Of a stretch of 64,000 bases of DNA, positions 40,107 through 49,317 are shown in pieces. The stretch is from a virus. Its lineage: Duplodnaviria; Caudoviricetes. The notes under the pieces are model-generated. The model searched no databases and was not told where the DNA came from. It saw only the letters and a list, made by a program, of their open reading frames with translations. Numbering within the stretch: position 1 is the first letter of the stretch; each line of letters begins with the position of its first letter. The translations under genes were made by a program, and so were the position numbers. The stretch is from IMG/VR virus record IMGVR_UViG_3300014039_000012, positions 96,001 through 160,000 of that record; one strand, written 5' to 3'.

Positions 40107-41021
40107 ATGGGAACTATTATTAACGGCAAAGAACTTGCCGAGCGCGAAAACGAACTTACCGCAACAAGAGTTGAAACCCTTGTTAAAAACGGGCACGCGA
40201 GACCGAAGCTTGTTGTGATTCAGGCGGGAAATGATCCGGCTTCTTCGACTTATGTTCGCAACAAGAAAAAAGCTTGCGAGAAAGTCGGTATCTTGTGCGA
40301 AGATATTCATATCGATGAAGAAAAAGATCCTGCTCTTACGGAGATGAGAATTATTGGAGAAATTCAGAAAGCGAACAGAGACGACAATGTCAACGGAATT
40401 CTTGTTCAGCTTCCACTTCCAAAGGGGGTTGATGAGGAAACCGTCCTTAATTATATCAATATGTTCAAGGACGTCGATGGATTCGGATATTTGAACGCAG
40501 GAAAGCTTTTCTCAAAGAAGAATCCCGAGCCTTATGGATTTATTCCTTGCACCCCTGCAGGAATTGTTCATATGTTGAATTCGATTTCTGCTCCTAACGG
40601 AATTAATTATTCTGGAAAGAATGCAGTTGTTATTGGTCGCTCCAATATTGTCGGAAAGCCAGTTTCAATTCTTCTTCAGAAGATGAATATGAATGTAACA
40701 ATGCTTCATTCAAAGACTTCCGAAGAAGATAAACAATTTTACTGCCGTCACGCAGACGTGATTGTCGTAGCGACCGGACAGGAAAATACACTTACAGACA
40801 GACACTTTTATGGAGACAAGAAGCCGATTATTATCGATGTCGGGATTCATCGTGGAGAAGATGGGAAACTCCACGGAGATGTCTCAGAAGAGATTAAGGA
40901 AAAGTATTCGAGTTATTACAGCCCTTGCCCTGGAGGTTGCGGTCCTTTAACTGTCTCGATGCTTTTGAAGAATGTTGTTACTTCGGCGGAAAGAAGTTAC
41001 TTGATTTTTAACAACGATTAA
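40107..41021 (+). CDS. folD: Methylenetetrahydrofolate dehydrogenase/cyclohydrolase
   Basis: DPASSTYVRNK, NGILVQLPLP, KDVDG, PCTPAG, VIGRSNIVGKP, IDVGI, GDV, PGGCGPLT. Confidence 0.95.
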   Translation: MGTIINGKELAERENELTATRVETLVKNGHARPKLVVIQAGNDPASSTYVRNKKKACEKVGILCEDIHIDEEKDPALTEMRIIGEIQKANRDDNVNGILVQLPLPKGVDEETVLNYINMFKDVDGFGYLNAGKLFSKKNPEPYGFIPCTPAGIVHMLNSISAPNGINYSGKNAVVIGRSNIVGKPVSILLQKMNMNVTMLHSKTSEEDKQFYCRHADVIVVATGQENTLTDRHFYGDKKPIIIDVGIHRGEDGKLHGDVSEEIKEKYSSYYSPCPGGCGPLTVSMLLKNVVTSAERSYLIFNND

Positions 41022-41043
41022 AAAGATTAAAGGAGAAAATATT

Positions 41044-41814
41044 ATGGAAACCTTATTCAAGCCCGGAGACGAGGTTGTTCTGCGGACAGATCTTTCGGCA
41101 GGAATGTTCTATCCGATGTTGGAGAAGAAGGAAATCGACGGAGAAATCTATTATCTTCCGAGTTCCAATTTGGTAACGACAAAAGCTGCTTCGTGGGAAA
41201 TTATTGACTGGATTAATAGAATTTCATTTAAAACCACAACCATTGGAGATATTAATAAAGATGGCACTTACCGCCTCGATTATTGTGGATGTTATAACAA
41301 CAGTTGGACGGATAGTATGTTCGATATTGTCGAATCCAAGAAGCTTCAGGAAAAGAACTCAAAGCTTAAAGAGCTCGATTCTCAGTTTGAGGTTGGAGAC
41401 GTTGTGTGTCTCGATATTTCAAAGTGCGAGGAGAATCAATCTTCCGATGTTTATGGAAAATATTTTGGAAAATATTATGTGATTTCCAAAAAATATGTTA
41501 CAGATCGTTATGTTGGTTATCAGCTAAAAGACGTTGTTTATAACAATGACGGACCGGTGATTGAAGGCAGATGTCTTATGAAGGCAGATGAATCCACCGC
41601 CAAAACGCTGACAAGAAAGCAGATTACTATTACCTACAACGAAAAAACGCGGGAAACAATTGCTCGGCTTTATATCGGCTTGGAGATTGCTCTTTCGGCT
41701 CATGCGCGGAGACACAAAGACGATAAGAATAGTTTTCTTGAAGGTGGAGAGCTCGCATTTCAGAGACTGCTGAAGAAAATGGAAGAAAAGGGTTACAGCT
41801 ATGATTTTGAATAA
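41044..41814 (+). CDS. Hypothetical protein with repeated KOW/SH3-like modules
   Basis: FKPGDEVV and FEVGDVV; C-terminal A.R...D......G..LAF.RL. Confidence 0.55.
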   Translation: METLFKPGDEVVLRTDLSAGMFYPMLEKKEIDGEIYYLPSSNLVTTKAASWEIIDWINRISFKTTTIGDINKDGTYRLDYCGCYNNSWTDSMFDIVESKKLQEKNSKLKELDSQFEVGDVVCLDISKCEENQSSDVYGKYFGKYYVISKKYVTDRYVGYQLKDVVYNNDGPVIEGRCLMKADESTAKTLTRKQITITYNEKTRETIARLYIGLEIALSAHARRHKDDKNSFLEGGELAFQRLLKKMEEKGYSYDFE

Positions 41815-42247
41815 TAAAAATACTGAAAAAGAGTATGTTGTCGTATATAAATCAGATCGGCATATAAATTTCGTCGTTTTTGTATACGACAAGAATCAAA
41901 GAGAATATTTTTGGGTGCGGCAAAGAGATATTTCAGATTTTCTTAAAGAAGACGATTGTCCTTATAAATTTTCTTTCACAAGTTTCGATGAAGCTCGAAA
42001 TTTTTTCAACCAAGCCAACCTTGCATTTGTTGACAAATACGACATTGTACCTCTTTCTTTAATTTTGGAGGGGAACGAATATGATTACACTATTGTCCAT
42101 TGCAAAGACACGGGCTTATATCAAATTGTGGATAAATATGAAAAGGAGGTTGCTTACGGAGATGCCGACAGAATTTTTGCTCTTCTTTCCGCGCTTCCCG
42201 GAAAATATGCCTTTTATGATGAACGAACAGGAGAGAGGTCGAGATAA
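41801..42247 (+). CDS. Hypothetical protein
   Basis: Coupled ORF. Confidence 0.5.
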   Translation: MILNNKNTEKEYVVVYKSDRHINFVVFVYDKNQREYFWVRQRDISDFLKEDDCPYKFSFTSFDEARNFFNQANLAFVDKYDIVPLSLILEGNEYDYTIVHCKDTGLYQIVDKYEKEVAYGDADRIFALLSALPGKYAFYDERTGERSR

Positions 42248-42259
42248 TGCTTAAAATTT

Positions 42260-42670
42260 ATGATCCCATTTATTTACTCCGTTTCCGTTGACGGAGGTTT
42301 GTGGAAAAGATTGGAAGACCCGTTCGATACCAACTGGTTCGTTACGGACAAAGACATTCCGGAAACAGAGCTTTTACTCGACGACACTTCTTTCGATGAG
42401 GCTTATGATTATCTTCGCAACAATTATATTTCTGGTGCGAGAACTTGTAAATCTGCTTTCAAAGGCAAACCACAGATTTCATTATTATATTTCAACGCCT
42501 ATGACAGAAAATATATTAAAAAGTGCGAAGGGTTTTGGCTTCGCGCGGAGAACAGACTTCGTGAAAATGTAACGTTGGATTGGATTATGAAACATCTCGA
42601 AGCCGATCAAGCAATTCAATATTTAACCGAAAGGGGTATGGGAATATGTCTGACAAAACAAACAAAGTAA
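42260..42670 (+). CDS. Hypothetical protein
   Basis: 136 aa ORF. Confidence 0.5.
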   Translation: MIPFIYSVSVDGGLWKRLEDPFDTNWFVTDKDIPETELLLDDTSFDEAYDYLRNNYISGARTCKSAFKGKPQISLLYFNAYDRKYIKKCEGFWLRAENRLRENVTLDWIMKHLEADQAIQYLTERGMGICLTKQTK

Positions 42671-42939
42671 CGACTGAATGGGTTTATCGCGTCGTTTTAG
42701 ACTGGGGAGAACTTGCTTCTCATCGTATTAGTCTTGCCGATTCATATATTGGAATTTCATTTTTCGGGACTCCATTAACAAAACTAGGATATGGCAATAC
42801 CACTGTTTTTCAGTTATATGAGGAAAAAGATGGGAAGAGTGTTTATACGATGAAAAATCGTCCGCCCGTTGTCGAGATTCCAAACGAAACAATTAAAGCA
42901 TTGATCCCCATAAAACAAATTGCTTGTATGAATGTTTAA
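42646..42939 (+). CDS. Hypothetical protein
   Basis: Coupled ORF. Confidence 0.45.
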   Translation: MSDKTNKVTTEWVYRVVLDWGELASHRISLADSYIGISFFGTPLTKLGYGNTTVFQLYEEKDGKSVYTMKNRPPVVEIPNETIKALIPIKQIACMNV

Positions 42940-42954
42940 GGAGGAGATAGAACA

Positions 42955-43482
42955 ATGGAAGAAAAAGTAAACAATGGCGTTTCATCCTCCGAACCAACCG
43001 GACTTCTGAAAGAAATTATCGGCGAGATTGATTGTCGTGACAAAGTCCGAGAATATCTTGATTCACTGGAGCTCCCCGATCGGTTCTTCGCCTGTATGTT
43101 TGGGGAGCTTGTTAAGATTTTCGGCATAACACTTTTCGAGCCTAACCCATATTATTGTTATGACACCGAAGAACAGGAGAAGTTTGTGGAAGGTGAAGCC
43201 ACCAATAATCTGCCTTATCCAAAGGATTATTCATATCGCGATCAAATAGACACAGAGCTCGCATACGAAGGCGGAACTGGTGGATGGTATAACGCTCTTA
43301 AAACAGCCTGCTGGATTCTCGATATGGAGTGGCTGCTTAATGCTTATGAACAGTTAAATTGGATGAATTCCGATTATTTTGATGAGTGGGTCGGAGATAA
43401 AATTGTTGAATATCTGTTCGATAAAGATAATTATCACGATAGAGATTACGAAATCTCTCTGAAAAAGAAAGGAATTCTATAA
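42955..43482 (+). CDS. Hypothetical acidic protein
   Basis: AGGAGG RBS. Confidence 0.6.
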   Translation: MEEKVNNGVSSSEPTGLLKEIIGEIDCRDKVREYLDSLELPDRFFACMFGELVKIFGITLFEPNPYYCYDTEEQEKFVEGEATNNLPYPKDYSYRDQIDTELAYEGGTGGWYNALKTACWILDMEWLLNAYEQLNWMNSDYFDEWVGDKIVEYLFDKDNYHDRDYEISLKKKGIL

Positions 43483-44252
43483 TGGGAAAGAATAAATTCA
43501 AGCCGTCAGAAGTCTTTATGAAGGCATATAATCGTACTCTTGAAAAGGCAGTAAATTCTTTATATTATGAAAGTGATTTTCGCTGTCAATCGTTCTATCC
43601 AATTGAGTATTCATTGAATTGTAAAGAATGCCCGTTCCAACGTTTCTCTGATTATTGCAATGATCCAAATTTTGAAAACGGAGCGGGTTACAAGCGTACT
43701 TTTGAGCAATGGCAGGATTGGTTTTATAAACTTACAGGAAAGAAAGACAATCGTCCAAAGGAGATGTTTATGAAAAAGAACGAACGGACAAAAGAACCCA
43801 CAAAACAGACAGAACAAACCAAAAGGGAAACTCAAATCAATGAAGGCAATATTGAAAAAGTAACTTACCATGAACCAAAAGAAATTGCTGGAAATTACTT
43901 CCTCGGAAATATCGCAGACGTGGCACAGACCAATTTCAAGATATTTACAAAAGAACTTGAAGCAAAATCAAAGGCTAAATATGAAGTCGAATATACGGCT
44001 CTCGATTCTAACAAACCTCGAACAAGATATGCTCGAAAAGTCGTAGATCTCCTTTTCCTTATCAAGCAGTGGAACGATGAAGTAATTAAGTGGAACCTTA
44101 TCGCCAATCAAGACGTCTCTAAAATTCCTCCAGACTTCAAAGATATCTATATTAAGGTCTACATTAATGATTGCGATCTTATTTTCCAAGATGAATATAC
44201 TCTCAAATCAAAGGGTCTAAAATTGGGTTGGACAAGAGAATCGAAAGACTAA
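43482..44252 (+). CDS. Hypothetical protein
   Basis: Coupled 256 aa ORF with an N-terminal Cys cluster. Confidence 0.55.
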   Translation: MGKNKFKPSEVFMKAYNRTLEKAVNSLYYESDFRCQSFYPIEYSLNCKECPFQRFSDYCNDPNFENGAGYKRTFEQWQDWFYKLTGKKDNRPKEMFMKKNERTKEPTKQTEQTKRETQINEGNIEKVTYHEPKEIAGNYFLGNIADVAQTNFKIFTKELEAKSKAKYEVEYTALDSNKPRTRYARKVVDLLFLIKQWNDEVIKWNLIANQDVSKIPPDFKDIYIKVYINDCDLIFQDEYTLKSKGLKLGWTRESKD

Positions 44253-44312
44253 AATCAGCTAAAACTATAAACTAAATTTATGCCAATTTCTTAAATTAAA
44301 TAACAAGAATTT

Positions 44313-44337
44313 TAGGGTATCTTCGGATACCCTATTT
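44313..44337 (+). terminator. Terminator-like hairpin with cUUCGg loop
   Basis: TAGGGTATC-TTCG-GATACCCTA at the end of the operon. Confidence 0.65.
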
Positions 44338-44522
44338 CCCATATATCCTTCCCCACTTTCTTCCTCAGTCCTTTATTTTAATAGGTAAAACCATCCCTAA
44401 AATCGATTCTGAAATCTATTTAATCCCTACTTTTTACTATCCCTTAATTCGTATGTCTCTTCCCTTGTTTCCCCTCCATTTTCCTCCATTCTTCCCCACT
44501 TTTAACCATCCTCTTGTCCTAT

Positions 44523-44552
44523 TGTTGAAAATGTGGAAAAACTTGTGGAAAA
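44523..44552. promoter_or_regulatory. Cluster of DnaA-box-like 9-mers
   Basis: TGTTGAAAA, TGTGGAAAA, TGTGGAAAA; reverse complement TTTTCCACA fits TTWTNCACA. Confidence 0.5.
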
Positions 44553-45114
44553 CTTACCAAAAATACTCAATCATATTCAAATATTGTCTAATTATTACCC
44601 AAATATCCAAGAAATACCCAGAAAACCCTCTATAGACATCTTCTATATATAAATCATCAACAGATCATCATATAATTGTGTGATCTAACTCATATATTCT
44701 TTCTTAATTATGCGATTAGATTAGAAGGCCGTTGGATATGGAATTATATTGGTTCTATAGTCTAGTACTAGTATATGGGCTATTATTAAGAAGAACTTAT
44801 ATTAAAGTTGGTTAGATATCAAGTATTGTTATTCTTTCAAGGATCATATATATTGATCATATATATTTGGGGAACCAAGTTTCCCCACACCCCCTCCTTT
44901 GCCCGAAAAGACTTTCAGTCTTTTCTCCTCGTCCCCTCACTTCGTTCGGGTCGCCGTCCAATCGTTTTTCATTTGTCGAACCTGACGGTTCTCAAATGAA
45001 TAAACCGACTTCGTCGTAGTATATATTTATTTTTTTAAGGGAAAGGAAAGGATGTGTATTTATATTTAAAAGGGAATGTATTTGTAAATATTTTGTTAAT
45101 TATATATAGAGGGA

Positions 45115-45143
45115 TTGACAAGGAGGGGGAAGTGTGGTATAAT
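45115..45143 (+). promoter_or_regulatory. sigmaA promoter
   Basis: TTGACA-17-TATAAT with TG extension. Confidence 0.9.
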
Positions 45144-45185
45144 AGAGGTGAATAGAAGGAAGTAGAAGGAGGAGGGATTTTTATT

Positions 45186-45890
45186 ATGACTAATATTGAG
45201 CGTACTTTTTATAGAGAACTTCACAATCTTGAAGTGGGAGTTATTTATAAAAACTCAAGGGTGGTTTGTGAACTTTTAAAATTTCCATTTGTTAGTGGAA
45301 GTAGTCGAATTGCAGTTATGAAATTATTGGATAAGTATACCCGATATATTAAAGTTGGACAGAAGTATATTTTTTCTGAAATATATTTAGATAAGATTCC
45401 TGTTGAACCGGAGAAAAAAATGATTTTACAAGACGGAGAAATTGTTAAACCGTTCCCTGATTGTGATAGATATCTTGTAAGTAATTATGGGAGAATTTGG
45501 TCAAAACCAAAAGGGGACTGGGCACATCTTGGAAGTAATCCTAATGGATATTTGTATTGTAGTATAAGTGGTAAATATTTATCTGTTCATAGAATAGTAG
45601 CATTGACTTTTATACCAAACCCGTTAGGGTTGGCAGAAGTTAATCATAAAGACGAAAATAAGCATAATAATCGTGTAGATAATTTAGAATGGATTTCAAG
45701 GAGAGATAATCTTTATTATGGAACTAGAATGGATAGAATAAAAGCAGGGAGAAATAAGAGGAGAAATAATCCTAATAGATTTAAAGATAGATTCGAAAAG
45801 ATTGTAAGAGATTGGAAGAATGTCGGTATAAATAGGGAAGAGATGGAGTTAATGATAAAGGAGATTGTTGATGGGATATTTGAAGAGTAG
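45186..45890 (+). CDS. HNH homing endonuclease (NUMOD4-HNH) with an extra N-terminal domain
   Basis: YLVSNYGRI, VHRIVALTFIPNP...EVNHKDENKHNNRVDNLEW. Confidence 0.85.
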   Translation: MTNIERTFYRELHNLEVGVIYKNSRVVCELLKFPFVSGSSRIAVMKLLDKYTRYIKVGQKYIFSEIYLDKIPVEPEKKMILQDGEIVKPFPDCDRYLVSNYGRIWSKPKGDWAHLGSNPNGYLYCSISGKYLSVHRIVALTFIPNPLGLAEVNHKDENKHNNRVDNLEWISRRDNLYYGTRMDRIKAGRNKRRNNPNRFKDRFEKIVRDWKNVGINREEMELMIKEIVDGIFEE

Positions 45891-46150
45891 GATTGGGTGC
45901 GAGATTGATAATGAGAGGATAGATAGGTAAACGATTAAGAGAGATATAGGATAGACGAGATTTTGATATGTTTGATATGATCTTTTCTTTTATAAGAAAA
46001 GTAAAAATAAAGTAAAATGTTAAGAATTCCAGAAAATTCCAAATAAATCACTTTAATTTCAAATAAATTCCAAATTAACTTAAACTAATTCAAACTAATT
46101 TCTAACCGCTCCCTTATAAAAATAATCTTAAATAAATTTTTCAAAACCAC

Positions 46151-46179
46151 TTGACAAATCCGCCCTTTTATGATATAAT
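46151..46179 (+). promoter_or_regulatory. sigmaA promoter
   Basis: TTGACA 46151-46156, 17 bp, TG-A-TATAAT 46174-46179. Confidence 0.85.
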
Positions 46180-46630
46180 TATACTGAATAGGTAGAATAG
46201 AAACTCAAAATATAATTATGAACAAATTATAAATGTATTTTCCCTACTTTCCAGTAGAATAGAAAACCCCTCTATAGGAAAATATGGAAAAAATATTTTT
46301 TAATATTTAAAAACCCTTTTTGCGCGAAGCGCAGAGACGCTGGAGTCATAACATAATTTGTTAACATTTACCTATTTTTTAATCAAAAATTATATATATA
46401 GGAGGATTGTTAATGTTAACAAATTATGAATGAAAAATGCACACTTTTAAAGATTTATTATTATTATTATATTTATATATATACCGTTAAAAAGTGTGCA
46501 ATCGTTAATATTTTGTTCATAATTTAACCGCTCCCCAAACGACGAAATTTCTCACCATAGAATCGTAGATTTCGTGTTAAAAAGTGACAAAACTAAACTA
46601 TAAATATTATAAAAATTAAAGGAGAATTAT

Positions 46631-47890
46631 ATGATAGAAGAAATTGAGAATAAACAACCTCGAATAACAAATAATCTTGAAACATTTAAAAATTTACAAA
46701 TTGGTAAAAAATATAGATACGTAGATTTATGTGAAGTTCTCGAAGAACCGAAATTACGAGGTAAACAAAAAGAGTATCAAATTGCCAGATGGGAGCGGAA
46801 ATGTAATTTAAACAAAATTGCAAATTCTCCATATTATGAAGTTAATGAGATTTATGAAAATGAACTCCATCCAATTGAGACAAGGGGAAAGAAAAACGAA
46901 TATTTAAAATATATTAGAGATATTATAGTTTTATCTTGTTATCAAAAAAGAAACACAAAACAAAAAAATGAAGAAAGTGACTACTATCATTTTGAAGCAT
47001 CAAAAGTAAATTTATATATGTTATTTGGTTTTTTCAATCAAAAGTTTATTGAGTTTTGTTTTAATTCCGAAAATGAAAAAAATAAAAAGATTCTTGAAAA
47101 CATAAAAGATAAAAACGCTATTATCAAACAATTTGAAAGTGAAGTATTTGGAAAATGTTTCGATGTTTTGGATAGTGTTAGAAAGAGATTAAAGAATGAA
47201 CAATTAATTGACTCTCACGACACAGTAGAAGTGTATCAATTATATAGAAATGAAAATACTCATCAATTTTATCCAATAGATACTTGGTATGGAATTTGGA
47301 GATCTTTAACAGAAGAAGAACAGACGTATTTGATGGATGTCAAAAAGAGTATAATGAGGGAAATGGGATGTTCCACCCTTTCCAGTCTATATTATAGAGG
47401 GTGGGGAGAGAAATTTAGAAATAAAGTAACACAGATTATATATAGAGAGCGGGGCTGGAAGCTATATAGAGAGTCTGTAAGTTTTTGGATGGTTAAAAGA
47501 AATGTAATTGAAGAAGCGGAGGAAATACTAAAGAAATGTGGATACGATCCGGATGACGAAGTGGTTCAAGCTAAAGCTTGTGAAATTAATGAAAAAATGA
47601 TTGGATTCTTAAAAAATAGAACGGACATTAATTTATATGCTTTAACTCACGCAGCGGCAACAGAAATTATAGAAAAAAGAGAAGAGACTCCATCAAGAGG
47701 AACATTTTATAAAACATTAGAAATTTTAATGGAACTATATGAATTAATCGATGAGCCAAGAGAAAGACAAGATGTCAAAGATCAATTGATGTTTCAGAGC
47801 TTTGATAACGAGGCTATTATAGATGAATATAAAAATGTAAGAGAAATGTTGATTGGAGAATTAATTAAATTGCCATCAGAACAGTTTTAA
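46631..47890 (+). CDS. Hypothetical protein, candidate DNA-binding/initiator protein
   Basis: 419 aa; N-terminus resembles the N-terminus of 45186..45890; sits next to origin-like DNA. Confidence 0.5.
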   Translation: MIEEIENKQPRITNNLETFKNLQIGKKYRYVDLCEVLEEPKLRGKQKEYQIARWERKCNLNKIANSPYYEVNEIYENELHPIETRGKKNEYLKYIRDIIVLSCYQKRNTKQKNEESDYYHFEASKVNLYMLFGFFNQKFIEFCFNSENEKNKKILENIKDKNAIIKQFESEVFGKCFDVLDSVRKRLKNEQLIDSHDTVEVYQLYRNENTHQFYPIDTWYGIWRSLTEEEQTYLMDVKKSIMREMGCSTLSSLYYRGWGEKFRNKVTQIIYRERGWKLYRESVSFWMVKRNVIEEAEEILKKCGYDPDDEVVQAKACEINEKMIGFLKNRTDINLYALTHAAATEIIEKREETPSRGTFYKTLEILMELYELIDEPRERQDVKDQLMFQSFDNEAIIDEYKNVREMLIGELIKLPSEQF

Positions 47891-47963
47891 CCGCTCCCGT
47901 TTGCCTTCATCTCCCTCCCAAAAAACTTTTTTCAAAAAATCAGAACTTTTTTCTTAAAACCCC

Positions 47964-47992
47964 TTGACAAAACGGATTTTATGTGCTATAAT
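47964..47992 (+). promoter_or_regulatory. sigmaA promoter of the ncRNA/tRNA cluster
   Basis: TTGACA 47964-47969, TATAAT 47987-47992. Predicted +1 near 47999, where a long RNA hairpin starts. Confidence 0.9.
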
Positions 47993-47998
47993 ATAAGC

Positions 47999-48112
47999 GT
48001 GAAAGGGAGAGAGCATCGGCACACGAGTAGGGAGCGGTTCAAAGCCTAAGTGATACCCGACACTAACCGCTCCCGAAGGCTCCATCGGACTCTATTTCAC
48101 TACCTCCTTTCT
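47999..48112 (+). ncRNA. Putative small RNA (long hairpin plus anti-SD tail)
   Basis: GTGAAA/TTTCAC closing stem, internal GGGAGCGGTT/AACCGCTCCC stem, 3' TACCTCCTTTCT. Confidence 0.5.
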
Positions 48113-48115
48113 TAA

Positions 48116-48205
48116 AGAACCGCAGGAACTGCGGGGATAGCCTGTTGATACTTGAAGAGACTTCATTGAGCAGGAAGCTCACTCCTCTGGGGTTGGGCAG
48201 TTCAC
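48116..48205 (+). mobile_element. Orphan IS200/IS605-family right end / TnpB omegaRNA-like scaffold, no tnpA or tnpB
   Basis: ACCGCAGGAACTGCGGGGATAGCCTG (reads RTAGTAGIAC*, like Firmicutes TnpB C-termini), CAGGAAGCTC, subterminal hairpin, ends GCAGTTCAC. Confidence 0.7.
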
Positions 48206-48329
48206 ATGAACTAGTGGTTTTCATAGTAGACTCCTTTCAAATGTGACGCCGGTCTTGGTGGTGCTTGATCGGTATGACAAAGCGGTCGGACGCTTGACAG
48301 CTCGGACAGACGGCACCTTTCTAAAACAT

Positions 48330-48420
48330 CCATCGGCAGCTTAATTGGTTCAAGCCCGCGATCTATAATCGCGAGACCCTCACAAGGCAAGTGGAGGTTC
48401 GACCCCTCCCCGATGGACCA
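48330..48420 (+). tRNA. tRNA-Ile(UAU), atypical (long variable region, C33)
   Basis: Acceptor CCATCGG/CCGATGG plus A-CCA; anticodon stem CGCGA/TCGCG, loop TC-TAT-AA; T-arm GGAGG-TTCGACC-CCTCC. Confidence 0.7.
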
Positions 48421-48453
48421 AGCAATTATTTGAAAGGTAAGTATAAACACAAT

Positions 48454-49005
48454 ATGGATATAATATGGAAAGACATCCCGGGGTATGAAGGGCTCTATCA
48501 AGTGAACCAACGGGGAGAGGTATATAGCTTATATACTGGTAAAATTTTAAAATATAGCTTTTCCACAGATGGGTATAAGCAATATAATCTTTTCAAAGAC
48601 AAGAAAAGACGGCTTATGATGGCTCATAAAGCGGTTGCGCTTGCTTTCATTCCAAATCCAGAAAATCTTCCGATGGTTAATCATAAAGATGAAAATAAAT
48701 CTAATTGCTATTATGAAAACCTTGAATGGTGTAGTTGTTTATATAACAACACATATAATGGGACTCATATTAAAAGGTCTGTTAAAAATTGTCTTACGAC
48801 ATTTCAATATAATGAATGCGGGGAATTAATTAGGATTTACTCTTCTGCAAAAGAGGCCGCAAAAGAAAACGGATTTACAGATAGTTGTATTAGCTCTTGT
48901 TGTACTGGAAATTTGTATACATATAAAAAATATGTATGGTCGCATTCAAAATTATCTAAAGAAGAAATTTTTGAAAAATTTCGTAAATCTAAACAAATTC
49001 AATAA
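48454..49005 (+). CDS. HNH homing endonuclease (NUMOD4-HNH-NUMOD1)
   Basis: WKDIPGYEGLYQV, AHKAVALAFIPNP..LPMVNHKDENKSN...NLEW. Confidence 0.88.
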   Translation: MDIIWKDIPGYEGLYQVNQRGEVYSLYTGKILKYSFSTDGYKQYNLFKDKKRRLMMAHKAVALAFIPNPENLPMVNHKDENKSNCYYENLEWCSCLYNNTYNGTHIKRSVKNCLTTFQYNECGELIRIYSSAKEAAKENGFTDSCISSCCTGNLYTYKKYVWSHSKLSKEEIFEKFRKSKQIQ

Positions 49006-49023
49006 TCAAAGGAGTAATTCCAA

Positions 49024-49200
49024 ATGTTACCAATTATCGTAGCATCAGTCCTGTCTCTCCTCGCAGTCGGATTCATCGTTTGGTTCTGGACACGGACTCC
49101 GAGCAATCTTACCAAGTGGTATTGTATTCCGGTTACAATCTTTGGAGTGGCGGCAGTTATCGCGCTTTGGTTCTTTGCGGTAATTCTTCCAATTCTCTGA
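49024..49200 (+). CDS. 58 aa two-TM membrane protein (below the ORF-track cutoff)
   Basis: AAAGGAG RBS; MLPIIVASVLSLLAVGFIVWFW...IFGVAAVIALWFFAVILPIL. Confidence 0.6.
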   Translation: MLPIIVASVLSLLAVGFIVWFWTRTPSNLTKWYCIPVTIFGVAAVIALWFFAVILPIL

Positions 49201-49235
49201 CCGAGATGACAGTCGGGAAAGACCGACGTCCATAT

Positions 49236-49317
49236 GGACCTGTGGCGAAATTGGCAAACGCATTCGACTTAAGATCGAGTACCTCCGGGTTTAAGAGTTC
49301 AAATCTCTTCAGGTCTA
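49236..49317 (+). tRNA. tRNA-Leu(UAA), CCA not encoded
   Basis: GGACCTG/CAGGTCT acceptor, TTCGA-CTTAAGA-TCGAG, variable arm, AAGAG-TTCAAAT-CTCTT. Confidence 0.85.

Noticed and set aside
48330-48420. Amber suppressor reading (CTA in the anticodon loop) and stop-codon recoding
   Set aside because: The 5 bp stem puts TAT at positions 34-36, and long genes are intact under the standard code with TAG used as a stop.
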